From Cyanophora paradoxa CCMP329 (Eukaryota; Plantae; Glaucophyta), in contig QPMI01000682.1 in the NCBI GenBank assembly GCA_004431415.1, positions 84,248 to 148,247 of the forward strand: 64,000 nucleotides of DNA, read 5' to 3'. Position numbers and translations under genes: made by a program. Of the stretch, positions 20,893 to 29,156 are shown one piece after another. A model generated the notes under the pieces. It was given only the letters and a program-made list of their open reading frames with translations, made no database searches and was not told the origin of the DNA. Each line of letters opens with the position of its first letter. Within the stretch, counting starts at the first letter, position 1.

Positions 20893-21348
20893 CGATTGAT
20901 CGATCGGAGACCATGCAACTCTGTGACAATTTTTCGAAGAGAAAATGCCCATCCCCAATCTTCTCAATTGTTCAATTGGAGACCATTCAACTCTGTGACA
21001 CTTTTTCGGTGCAAAAATGTACATCCACAATCTCATCGATTGTTTAATTGGACATAATGCAGTACCGATATATTCCAATAGAAAATCTCGCAATCTAATC
21101 GATTGTTTAATTGGAGATAATGCAACTCTGTGACACTTTTTCGGTGCAAAAATGTACATCAGCAATCTCATCGATTGTTCAATTGGACATAATGCAGTAC
21201 CGATATATTCCAATAGAAAATCTCGCAATCTAATCGATTGTTTAATTGGAGATAATGCAACTCTGTGACACTTTTTCGGTGCAAATATGTACATCAGCAA
21301 TCTCATCGATTGTTCAATTGGACACAATGCAACTCTGTGACACTTTTT
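20893..21348. repeat. Subterminal composite tandem array of 72-bp and 63-bp units
   Basis: CTCTGTGACA recurs at 20919, 20991, 21126, 21261 and 21333 (steps 72, 135, 135, 72); all units share the core CAATCTNATCGATTGTTYAATTGGA. Confidence 0.9.
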
Positions 21349-21678
21349 GCGTTTTTTGATACAGAATGGGCGGTGGTCTTCTTCAATACCGATGAGATAT
21401 ATCGAGTTTATGCGAATTTATGCGAATTTATGCGAATTAATCGCGATTATATCGTTCTTTAAGTAGTTTAATGTTAATCAATCGAAGTTATATATGTAAT
21501 CGACAAAGAACATAATCTATCGATATAATATCGATTGCATCTATCGAAGTTTAATCGAAAATATGCATTTTGATTAACGCGTTTCCATTTTTTATACAAA
21601 GTTTGCATTATTTTATACAAAGTTTGCATAAAAAGTTTAAGAAATTAATCGAAAAATATGTATTTTAGTATTAAATTA

Positions 21679-21773
21679 ACACATATTGAAAAACGAATTT
21701 AAATCCAGAGTGAATCGAGATCGCGAAGCGATCGAGATGAACGAGGGATTTAAATTCGTTTTTCAATATGTGT
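21679..21773. repeat. Terminal cassette of segment A: perfect 28-bp inverted repeat
   Basis: ACACATATTGAAAAACGAATTTAAATCC (21679-21706) and its reverse complement (21746-21773). Confidence 0.9.
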
Positions 21774-21780
21774 AATGGTT

Positions 21781-23151
21781 TTACAGATTGATTCGCCTCA
21801 GGCCGTCCTTATCGACTATAATGAAACTGTGCATGAGAGCACGAACATTAACAGTGATTGTCTGGTCAGAAGGCATGTATAGAGTGAGGAAAGAGGAGGA
21901 GGAGTTCGTGAGATCAACATAGCCAGACTGGGCAATGTTGCGAATCGCTTTCTCTCCATCAACACAGAATGGTAGACCACTGAGGACATATTTGTCTGCA
22001 ACCTTGTCCATATTCGAGCACTTGAAGGCATCCGCAATTAATTCGGCACCTTTGAGGAGAGGAATTGGCTCAGTAGCATAGAGACGTTGACCATTAATTT
22101 CAACAGTGAAAGTGATGTCTTTTGAGTTAGCATGCGTTTTTAGGACACTGTGGGAACCATTGAAACCATCAATACCTGCGGCATCACGAACTGAAACAAG
22201 AAGACCATAGACAAGACCAGAGATCTGTGACAGGTTAATACGATTTGGTTGAGCATTTCCTTTTGCAGCAAAATTGACACTGTCAACAAAACCAATATCC
22301 AGAGCAGGAATAGCCATACCAGTGGTCTTCACCTTCTCAATGACAGTAGCAAACAGTTCATCAGAAACATTAATAGCATGCATGTAAAGACGAGGAGAAG
22401 TGACTTTAATTTCGGGGGTTGTTGTTGCACCAATTCCAAAAGTGGTGATTTGTTGACCAACATGGGCAAGAGTAGCATTAGCAGTAGCACCAAGTCCATC
22501 ATCCTCTGTCTTATCAGCAGCTGTTCCACCAACAACAGGGAGAGAGCGACCACCATAAGAAGTCTCAACATAACCCTTTCCAGCATCCTTGAACCAGACA
22601 GTAACAACCATTTCACCAGATAAAGCACCAAGGGGAAGATATTGATTTAGCCAAGGCACTGGGATTTCAACGAAAAATGAGCCACCAAGTCGGTTGGTTC
22701 CATGAGCAGGGATACCATGAACCATGCCCATTGAGCGTTTCTTTTTAGCTAGTTGATCCTCCGAATAATAGACCAGGGGGAAATGAGCAAGGAAATCAGA
22801 AGGGATGTGGTAGGTGTAAGATCCATAGGTAATTTCAAGTCGCTGAACTAAAGCACCAACTGGGCGAGTGTATCCATTGCGAACTAGATCTTCACCAGCA
22901 AAAGTGACAGCTGGAAGGTCAAACGCAAGTTCGAGTTTTCCACAGAAATTGTAGCGAGGGAGCTTGAAAGAAATGCGATTTCCAGCATTATTCTCGAAAG
23001 TGTTGCTTGGGTTCACAACAACAAGAACTGGCTTCGACTTGGATTCAAGACCAAGCATGAGAGAGTTGTCCAAGAAGAACGCCTTGGCTTCTTCCGGGGT
23101 TGTTAGAGCTTCTTTCAGAGAAAGACGTTGGAGGGTCGAAGTAATATCCAT
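21781..23151 (-). CDS. Double jelly-roll major capsid protein (NCLDV-like PLV type)
   Basis: 456 aa; G..ISFKLPR...L.L.FDLP, VG.LV..LEI..G and IPVPW...LPL.AL pattern reminiscent of NCLDV MCP N-domains; context beside penton-like genes. Confidence 0.78.
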   Translation of the reverse strand: MDITSTLQRLSLKEALTTPEEAKAFFLDNSLMLGLESKSKPVLVVVNPSNTFENNAGNRISFKLPRYNFCGKLELAFDLPAVTFAGEDLVRNGYTRPVGALVQRLEITYGSYTYHIPSDFLAHFPLVYYSEDQLAKKKRSMGMVHGIPAHGTNRLGGSFFVEIPVPWLNQYLPLGALSGEMVVTVWFKDAGKGYVETSYGGRSLPVVGGTAADKTEDDGLGATANATLAHVGQQITTFGIGATTTPEIKVTSPRLYMHAINVSDELFATVIEKVKTTGMAIPALDIGFVDSVNFAAKGNAQPNRINLSQISGLVYGLLVSVRDAAGIDGFNGSHSVLKTHANSKDITFTVEINGQRLYATEPIPLLKGAELIADAFKCSNMDKVADKYVLSGLPFCVDGEKAIRNIAQSGYVDLTNSSSSFLTLYMPSDQTITVNVRALMHSFIIVDKDGLRRINL

Positions 23152-23204
23152 GATTATCTCTTTTATTATACTGCAACATAAAAATTCACCAATGATCCTT
23201 GATT

Positions 23205-24215
23205 TTACGCAAAATTCGCAATTACAGGATAAGATGGATGGGTTTCCGCCATTCTCCTCTTGAAGTATTCGTACACAGGATCACCAGCAGGTTCATCACC
23301 ATATCGAATTTCGAAGGTGAGGTGCACAGGTTGACCCTCGAAATCAATTGGTTCATTAACTGCATTCACAATGTCAACCGAAAATGTGGAAAGTCCCAGA
23401 TTCTTGTTATAGTATTTATAAATCGGATGGGCTTCTGTCGAATTATAAACGACATGCTCACCATAATCTTTATCAGGAACCACGATTTTGTGGAAATATC
23501 CAGTGAGGAGACCATCACCACATTGCACAAGATCACCCAGCTCCTTTACTCTCACAAATAGGACACTATCCCTGGTCTTCTCGGGTTCAAATGAAGATAT
23601 AATACCATGCACCATCGACCCAGTGAAGATACCATCAGTAAGAGTATTGTACACCTGTGATTGGATTGGTGTGTTACCATATCTCCCAGGATCAAGACCA
23701 AGCAGTCGAGCAGAACTCAAAAACCTCTGAATCTGTGCCTGGGTTGGGTTAATTGCGGTTGAGAAAGCCAGGTAAAACGGTATGGTGGAATGGAATATTA
23801 CTCGTTTCAGTGTATCATCCCATTTGCAACGAATAGCTACTGCTGGTTCTCTCAATGCAAGTTTGGAGTTAATTACATTCACCAGTTGTTGGTGGTTTTG
23901 AATGGGTGTGCTGCGACTTATCACAATGTGTTTCCATGATTCATAATCAGCAGCAGGTCGATCAGTTGGAATACCAGTGCTTCCTGCACCAGAAAGATAT
24001 TCAGACCAATAAAGGTAGAATGCATTATCTATTGTCACATCTCCTACTTTGGTTTCACCACTCACCATGGGGATGCTGTTATAGAATTCTGCTGAGACCA
24101 GTCTTACTGCTCTTACAAATTCATATGTGCTGGGGAGGCGAGCAATAAAACTCGAAGTAGGTCCATCTCCCGAAATTGTATTGAAAGAGCTCACTTCAAT
24201 GTAATCCACAGGCAT
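23205..24215 (-). CDS. Minor capsid (penton-like single jelly roll) protein 1
   Basis: IEVSS...F...LP...V..VRLVSAEFYN N-terminus; LFVRVKEL; IDFEG..VHLTFEI C-terminus. Confidence 0.7.
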   Translation of the reverse strand: MPVDYIEVSSFNTISGDGPTSSFIARLPSTYEFVRAVRLVSAEFYNSIPMVSGETKVGDVTIDNAFYLYWSEYLSGAGSTGIPTDRPAADYESWKHIVISRSTPIQNHQQLVNVINSKLALREPAVAIRCKWDDTLKRVIFHSTIPFYLAFSTAINPTQAQIQRFLSSARLLGLDPGRYGNTPIQSQVYNTLTDGIFTGSMVHGIISSFEPEKTRDSVLFVRVKELGDLVQCGDGLLTGYFHKIVVPDKDYGEHVVYNSTEAHPIYKYYNKNLGLSTFSVDIVNAVNEPIDFEGQPVHLTFEIRYGDEPAGDPVYEYFKRRMAETHPSYPVIANFA

Positions 24216-24243
24216 CTTCTTTTATCTATAAACATATATTAAA

Positions 24244-25172
24244 ATGATTCGGCTGGTCAATATAGATAGCAGAGACCGATCAGATGGACAAATAGAAAAC
24301 TCCTACAAAGTTTCACTCACAACCCAGTGACCAAACCAAGAGAATGTCGAGTTTTGTATGCAGAGATCCCAACAGCATCTATAACTCCATTGGAACAGAC
24401 CACCTTCTTGTCAGATTCTACTACCAAGGCATCTCTGAAACCAAGCAGGTCTTCCTTCTCCCAAGTGGTTACATAAATCAAGGTCATTTCGGGGTCACCA
24501 CTCCATATAATTATGGTCTGAATTTCACATTTACTGGAGCAACAATCTCACATATGCATTCAAGGTCTACTACAACCCTACCTCCTACAAATTGGAGTTT
24601 TACAGTAATGTTCAATTCGATATGGTTGCATCTACACAGAGATTGGGTAAACTTCTTGGTGTGAGTTCAGTGGAGTGGGTGGCTTCCACTGAACAGATTT
24701 ACGATTTCCCAGAGTCTGCAAGGTCTTTATATGCCCCGAGAATTTCCTTTATTTCGCAGGAATACCAATCACCCCAAACCATCCCCAATGGGGAATCACA
24801 TTCACAGGATATGAATTCGAGGCATCTCGCTTAAACTACAAGTTAGAAGCTTCCAAGATGACAGATATGAATGCAGAACAGTATTTATACATGCACATTA
24901 AAGAACTCTCCCCATTTGCTACAAACCACAATAATGTCCCACAATCTCAACCACAGAATCAAGGAGCGATTCTCAGATTGCAATTAAGTAAAGATATTGG
25001 ACAGTATGTTTATCACAGTGGAGAGCACAGTGAATACATAAAAATAACCGATCGAAACCTTGTGATTAGAGAGTTAACAGTTGAGTTTCGCGATTATTAT
25101 GGTGATCTTGTAGATATGAATGGAATTGACAACTCATTCCAGTTAGAGTTCTTGGCTATTGGTAATGATTAA
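24244..25172 (+). pseudogene. Minor capsid protein 2, frameshifted (true lesions or sequencing errors)
   Basis: MIRLVNIDSRDRS start; pieces in three or more frames are homologous to the intact 28224-29156. Confidence 0.75.
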
Positions 25173-25422
25173 ACCGATCCTGATAGAAGAACTCCCCATC
25201 TGTCTCGAAAATATTAAGAATGGGACTCTTTCGATCTTCTGTATACCATCGGCGAATTGTCTTATCCCATTTAGCACCATTCTTTTTCAAGAATCTACAA
25301 AGAGTTGATCTCCTTGTAATTCGCAATCCCATCTCTTGAAAGATCTCATAATGATCTTGTATTCTTTTCACAATCAAGATGTAAGTCCCATGGAAATTGT
25401 GATATTGCTGGTTAATCGGCAT
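25156..25422 (-). CDS. Small protein with DUF5710-like K.GAKWD...WY motif
   Basis: LKKNGAKWDKTIRRWY; ATG at 25422 preceded by TGTAAAG and an AAAAAATGACAA motif. Confidence 0.55.
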   Translation of the reverse strand: MPINQQYHNFHGTYILIVKRIQDHYEIFQEMGLRITRRSTLCRFLKKNGAKWDKTIRRWYTEDRKSPILNIFETDGEFFYQDRFNHYQ

Positions 25423-25469
25423 GTTTCCTTTACAGCATGATGGGAAATCGTTTGTCATTTTTTGGCGAA

Positions 25470-25565
25470 ACGAGAGTATCTCATGAGATAGATGAGAGAA
25501 TAACAGGTGTGTTTTCAGGGTTGGAGAAATCGGAGAAACATAGAGTATTGCGATTTCCGAGTTAC
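25470..25565 (+). pseudogene. speD: 3' remnant of AdoMetDC gene
   Basis: 25470-25612 matches 20536-20678 with a single mismatch (stop TAG to TAC). Confidence 0.9.
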
Positions 25566-25597
25566 TTGACACTGAGAAATTCAGAATTTCAGATGGT

Positions 25598-25772
25598 CTT
25601 ACTGAAAATGGTCAGATAATCGGGTGTGACACCTATTTAATTGACTGTGACGCCTCTTTAATTGACTGTGACGCCTGTGACGCCTGTGACGCCTACTTTC
25701 AAACTTTCTAAAATTTTCAAAAATGACAGACTTCTGAAAACAGCCGTCACAGCCGTCACAGGCGTCACACCC
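25598..25772. promoter_or_regulatory. Putative origin cassette, iteron type II (TGTGACRCC)
   Basis: CTTACTGAAAATGGT box; direct repeats at 25625/25646/25667/25676/25685; AT spacer; three inverted G(G/C)CGTCACA at 25743-25769. Confidence 0.6.
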
Positions 25773-25908
25773 AATTAAAAATGGAATCTATCTCTCTTAC
25801 TGGGATATTCAAAAATATATTCTTGTCTTACTGAAATCCGTCTTGTGACACCTCTGACACCTACAAAACACTATCCATTAATCCACCTTTTCGAAAATGC
25901 GAAGTTGT

Positions 25909-26061
25909 CTTACTGGAAATGGTCTGCAATTTCGCTGTGACACCTAATTTAATTGAGTGTGACGCCTGTGACGCCTGTGACACCTACTTTCAAACTTTTT
26001 AAAATTTTCAAAAATGACAGACTTCTGAAAACAGGCGTCACAGCCGTCACAGGCGTCACAG
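25909..26061. promoter_or_regulatory. Putative origin cassette, iteron type II (second copy)
   Basis: CTTACTGGAAATGGT box; direct repeats at 25936/25958/25967/25976; three inverted repeats at 26034-26060. Confidence 0.6.
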
Positions 26062-26174
26062 ACATTCTGCCCCCCTTACTACTCTTCTCAAAAACAGAAA
26101 TATATCTTACTGAATATCATTTGAATACTATCTGTCACACTTGATTTCATTTATTCTGTTTTATAGAACATCTG

Positions 26175-26380
26175 CAATCTAATCGATTGATCAATTGGAG
26201 ACCATGCAACTCTGTGACACTTTTTCGGTGCAAAAATGTAAATCCGCAATCTCATCGATTGTTTAATTGGACGTGATGCAGTTCCGATATATTCCAATAG
26301 AAAATCGCGCAATCTCTTCAATTGTTTAATTGGACATAATGCAACTCTGTGACACTTTTTCGGTGCAAATATGTACATCA
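26175..26380. repeat. Subterminal 72/63/72-bp array (shorter version of 20893-21348)
   Basis: Same units in the same orientation. Confidence 0.9.
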
Positions 26381-26382
26381 AT

Positions 26383-26443
26383 ATTAGTTTTTCAATATGT
26401 GTGGCATTAAACGAGGGATTTAAATTAGTTTTTCAATATGTGT
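26383..26443. repeat. Right terminus of segment B, with partial tandem duplication
   Basis: ATTAGTTTTTCAATATGTGT-GGCA occurs twice (ending 26402 and 26443); the second copy matches the A terminus including AACGAGGGATTTAAATT. Confidence 0.85.
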
Positions 26444-27130
26444 GGCAAGTGTAGCATTAGCAGTATCACCAAGACCATCATCTTCTGTCTTATCAGCAGC
26501 TGTCCCACCAACAACAGGGAGAGAGCGACCACCATAGGAAGTTTCAACATAACCCTTTCCAGCATCCTTAAACCAAACAGTAACAACCATTTCACCAGAT
26601 AAAGCACCAAGGGGAAGATAGTGATTTAGCCAAGGCACTGGGATTTCAACGAAAAATGAGCCACCAAGTCGGTTGGTTCCATGAGCAGGGATACCATGAA
26701 CCATGCCCATTGAGCGTTTCTTTTTAGCTAGTTGATCCTCCGAATAATAGACCAGGGGGAAATGAGCAAGGAAATCAGAAGGGATGTGGTAGGTGTAAGA
26801 TCCATAGGTAATTTCAAGTCGCTGAACTAAAGCACCAACTGGGCGAGTGTATCCATTGCGAACTAGATCTTCACCAGCAAAAGTGATGGCTGGTAGGTCG
26901 AAAGCAAGTTCGAGTTTTCCACAGAAATTGTAGCGAGGTAGCTTGAAGGAAATGCGATTTCCAACATTATTCTCAAAAGTATTGCTGGGATTCACAACAA
27001 CTAGAACTGGCTTAGACTTGGATTCGAGACCAAGCATAAGGGAGTTATCCAGGAAAAAGGCTTTCGCCTCCTCTGGGGTTCTTAGGGCTTCTTTCAGCGA
27101 AAGTCTTTGAAGAGTGGAAGTGATATCCAT
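26444..27130 (-). pseudogene. Major capsid protein, 5' half, truncated by the segment B terminus
   Basis: Near-identical to the N-terminal ~229 aa of 21781-23151 up to ...ANATLA, then switches into terminus sequence. Confidence 0.88.
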
Positions 27131-27183
27131 GATATTCTCTTTTATTATACTGCAACATAAAAAATCTACCAATGATCCTTAAT

Positions 27184-28194
27184 TTATGCGAAGCTTGTAA
27201 TTACTGGATAGGAAGGGTGAAGCTGTGACATTCGCATCTTAAAGTATTCATAAACTGGGTCCCCAGCTGGCTCATCATCATAGCGAATTTCAAAGGTCAG
27301 ATGAACAGGTTGACCCTCAAAATCAATTGGTTCATTTACAGCATTAACAATATCAACCGAGAAAGTGGATAATCCAACCTTCTTATTATAATATTTGTAA
27401 AGTGGGTGAGCTTCTGTTGAATTGTAAACAACATGCTCACCATAGTCTTTATCAGGGACCACTATTTTGTGAAAGTAACCAGTCAGAAGACCATCCCCAC
27501 ATTGAACCAGATCACCCAGCTCCTTTACTCTCACAAACAAAACACTGTCCCTGGTCTTCTCAGGCTCAAAAGAAGATAGAATACCGTTAACTCGAGTCCC
27601 AGTAAAGATACCATCAGTGAGAGCATCATAAACTTGTGATTGGATTGAGGAATTGCCATATCTTCCAGGATCAAGACCAAGCAGTCTACCTGAACTCAAT
27701 AGCTTTTGAATTTTTTGCAGGTTTGGATTTACAGCAAGTGAGAAAGCCAGGTAAAAAGGTTTTTCGGAATGGAATACTATTCGTTTCAGTGACTCATCCC
27801 ATTTGCAGCGAAGAGATGGTTTAGGATTTTTTAAATCGAACTTTTCATTAATAACATTCACCAGTTGTTGGTGGCTTTGAATGGGGGCTTTGCGACTTAT
27901 AATGATTTGTTTCCACTGTTCAAAGTCCTCAGCTGGGCGAACTGTGGGGATACCATCAATTCCAGCTCCCGCATATTGTTCAGAATAATAAATACTAAAT
28001 GAATTGTCAATTGTCACATCTCCTACTTTGGTTTCACCACTCACCATAGGGATGCTGTTATAAAATTCGGCTGATACCAGTCTCACAGCCCTCACATTCT
28101 CATAAGAACTGGGGAGTCTAGCCACAAAGCTTGATGTGGGACCATCACCAGAGATTGTATTAAATGAGCTAACCTCGATGTAATCCACAGGCAT
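27184..28194 (-). CDS. Minor capsid (penton-like) protein 1
   Basis: Homologue of 23205-24215, same length. Confidence 0.72.
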   Translation of the reverse strand: MPVDYIEVSSFNTISGDGPTSSFVARLPSSYENVRAVRLVSAEFYNSIPMVSGETKVGDVTIDNSFSIYYSEQYAGAGIDGIPTVRPAEDFEQWKQIIISRKAPIQSHQQLVNVINEKFDLKNPKPSLRCKWDESLKRIVFHSEKPFYLAFSLAVNPNLQKIQKLLSSGRLLGLDPGRYGNSSIQSQVYDALTDGIFTGTRVNGILSSFEPEKTRDSVLFVRVKELGDLVQCGDGLLTGYFHKIVVPDKDYGEHVVYNSTEAHPLYKYYNKKVGLSTFSVDIVNAVNEPIDFEGQPVHLTFEIRYDDEPAGDPVYEYFKMRMSQLHPSYPVITSFA

Positions 28195-28223
28195 TCTTCT
28201 TTTATCTATATTTATATATTAAA

Positions 28224-29156
28224 ATGAATCGACTTGTTAATATTGATAGCTGGGATAGAAGCCAAGGGGAATCTGAAAACTCTTACAGGGTCACCCTCAC
28301 AACTTCAGTAGAGAGACCAAGGGAATGCAGGGTTCTATATGCAGAGATTCCAAACAGTATCTATAACAGTGTGGGAACTGATCATTTAACAGTTGATTTT
28401 AACTACCAAGATGGTTCATACAATGAAATCATCACACAGAAAGTGTATCCCCTTCCCAGTGGCTACATTAACCAGGGTCATTTTGGGGTCACACATCCCT
28501 ATAATTATGGGCTGAACTATTCAAGCTTCAAAACCATTGCAGATAAAACTGTGTTTTTCGACTTCAAGATATTCTACAACCCAACAACCTATAAAGTGGA
28601 GTTTTACAGTAACCATGAGTTTCGTTTTATTGCAAGCAACAAGCGAATAGGGAAGCTTTTGGGTGTGAGTTCTACTGAATACACCACTGGGTATTATAGC
28701 ACTCCTCCTGTTGGTGGATCTCCATATCGACCTGAGAACCTTTTAAAGTATGATGGCAAACCTATTACACCTGATCACCCAGCATGGGGAATCACCTTCT
28801 CAGGACCCAGACTCTCCTCAAAGCCCTTGCAGTATTATTTCACCAGTAATAAGATGTCTGATTTGAATGCTGAGCAGTATCTGTACATGCATATTAAAGA
28901 GCTTGCCCCCTTTGCAAGTAGACATAATATAATCCCGAAATCGCAACCACATAACCAGGGAGCTATCCTTAGATTGCAATTGAGTAAAGATATAGGTGGC
29001 TATGTTTACCATAGTGGTGAGCATGCAGAATTCATTCAGATAAATGATAGAAATTTGGTGATAAGGGAACTCACAGTTGAGTTTAAAGATTACTTTGGTG
29101 AACTGATTGATATGAATGGAATCGATAATTCGTTTCAGTTGGAGTGTATCGAATAA
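28224..29156 (+). CDS. Minor capsid (penton-like) protein 2
   Basis: VNIDSWDR...AEIPN; YLYMHIKEL; LTVEFKD..G.LIDMNG...SFQLE. Confidence 0.75.
   Translation: MNRLVNIDSWDRSQGESENSYRVTLTTSVERPRECRVLYAEIPNSIYNSVGTDHLTVDFNYQDGSYNEIITQKVYPLPSGYINQGHFGVTHPYNYGLNYSSFKTIADKTVFFDFKIFYNPTTYKVEFYSNHEFRFIASNKRIGKLLGVSSTEYTTGYYSTPPVGGSPYRPENLLKYDGKPITPDHPAWGITFSGPRLSSKPLQYYFTSNKMSDLNAEQYLYMHIKELAPFASRHNIIPKSQPHNQGAILRLQLSKDIGGYVYHSGEHAEFIQINDRNLVIRELTVEFKDYFGELIDMNGIDNSFQLECIE

Larger units (their letters stand above)
1..21773. mobile_element. Endogenous Polinton-like/virophage-like virus, segment A (right part; left part outside window)
   Basis: AT-rich, gene-dense and intronless. Encodes A32-like ATPase, pPolB, rve integrase, primase-helicase and fibres. 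Ends in a subterminal repeat array and the terminus ...TTTTTCAATATGTGT at 21773. Confidence 0.9.
21774..26443. mobile_element. Endogenous virus segment B (internally deleted)
   Basis: MCP, two pentons, AdoMetDC 3' remnant, origin cassettes, and the same subterminal array and terminus as A. Confidence 0.75.

Noticed and set aside
20893-21348. CRISPR-like repeat-spacer appearance
   Set aside because: The spacers are only two recurring sequences, the repeats are degenerate, no cas genes are present, and the context is a eukaryotic virus.
21679-21773. Independent MITE insertion
   Set aside because: No TSD; the right arm alone recurs at 26443, and an equivalent structure marks the virus-host boundary at 60538, which favours a viral terminus. 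Not fully excluded.
20853-26381. ORFs 20887-21327, 25953-26144 and 26151-26381
   Set aside because: They are translations of non-coding repeat arrays and iterons whose unit lengths happen to be multiples of three.
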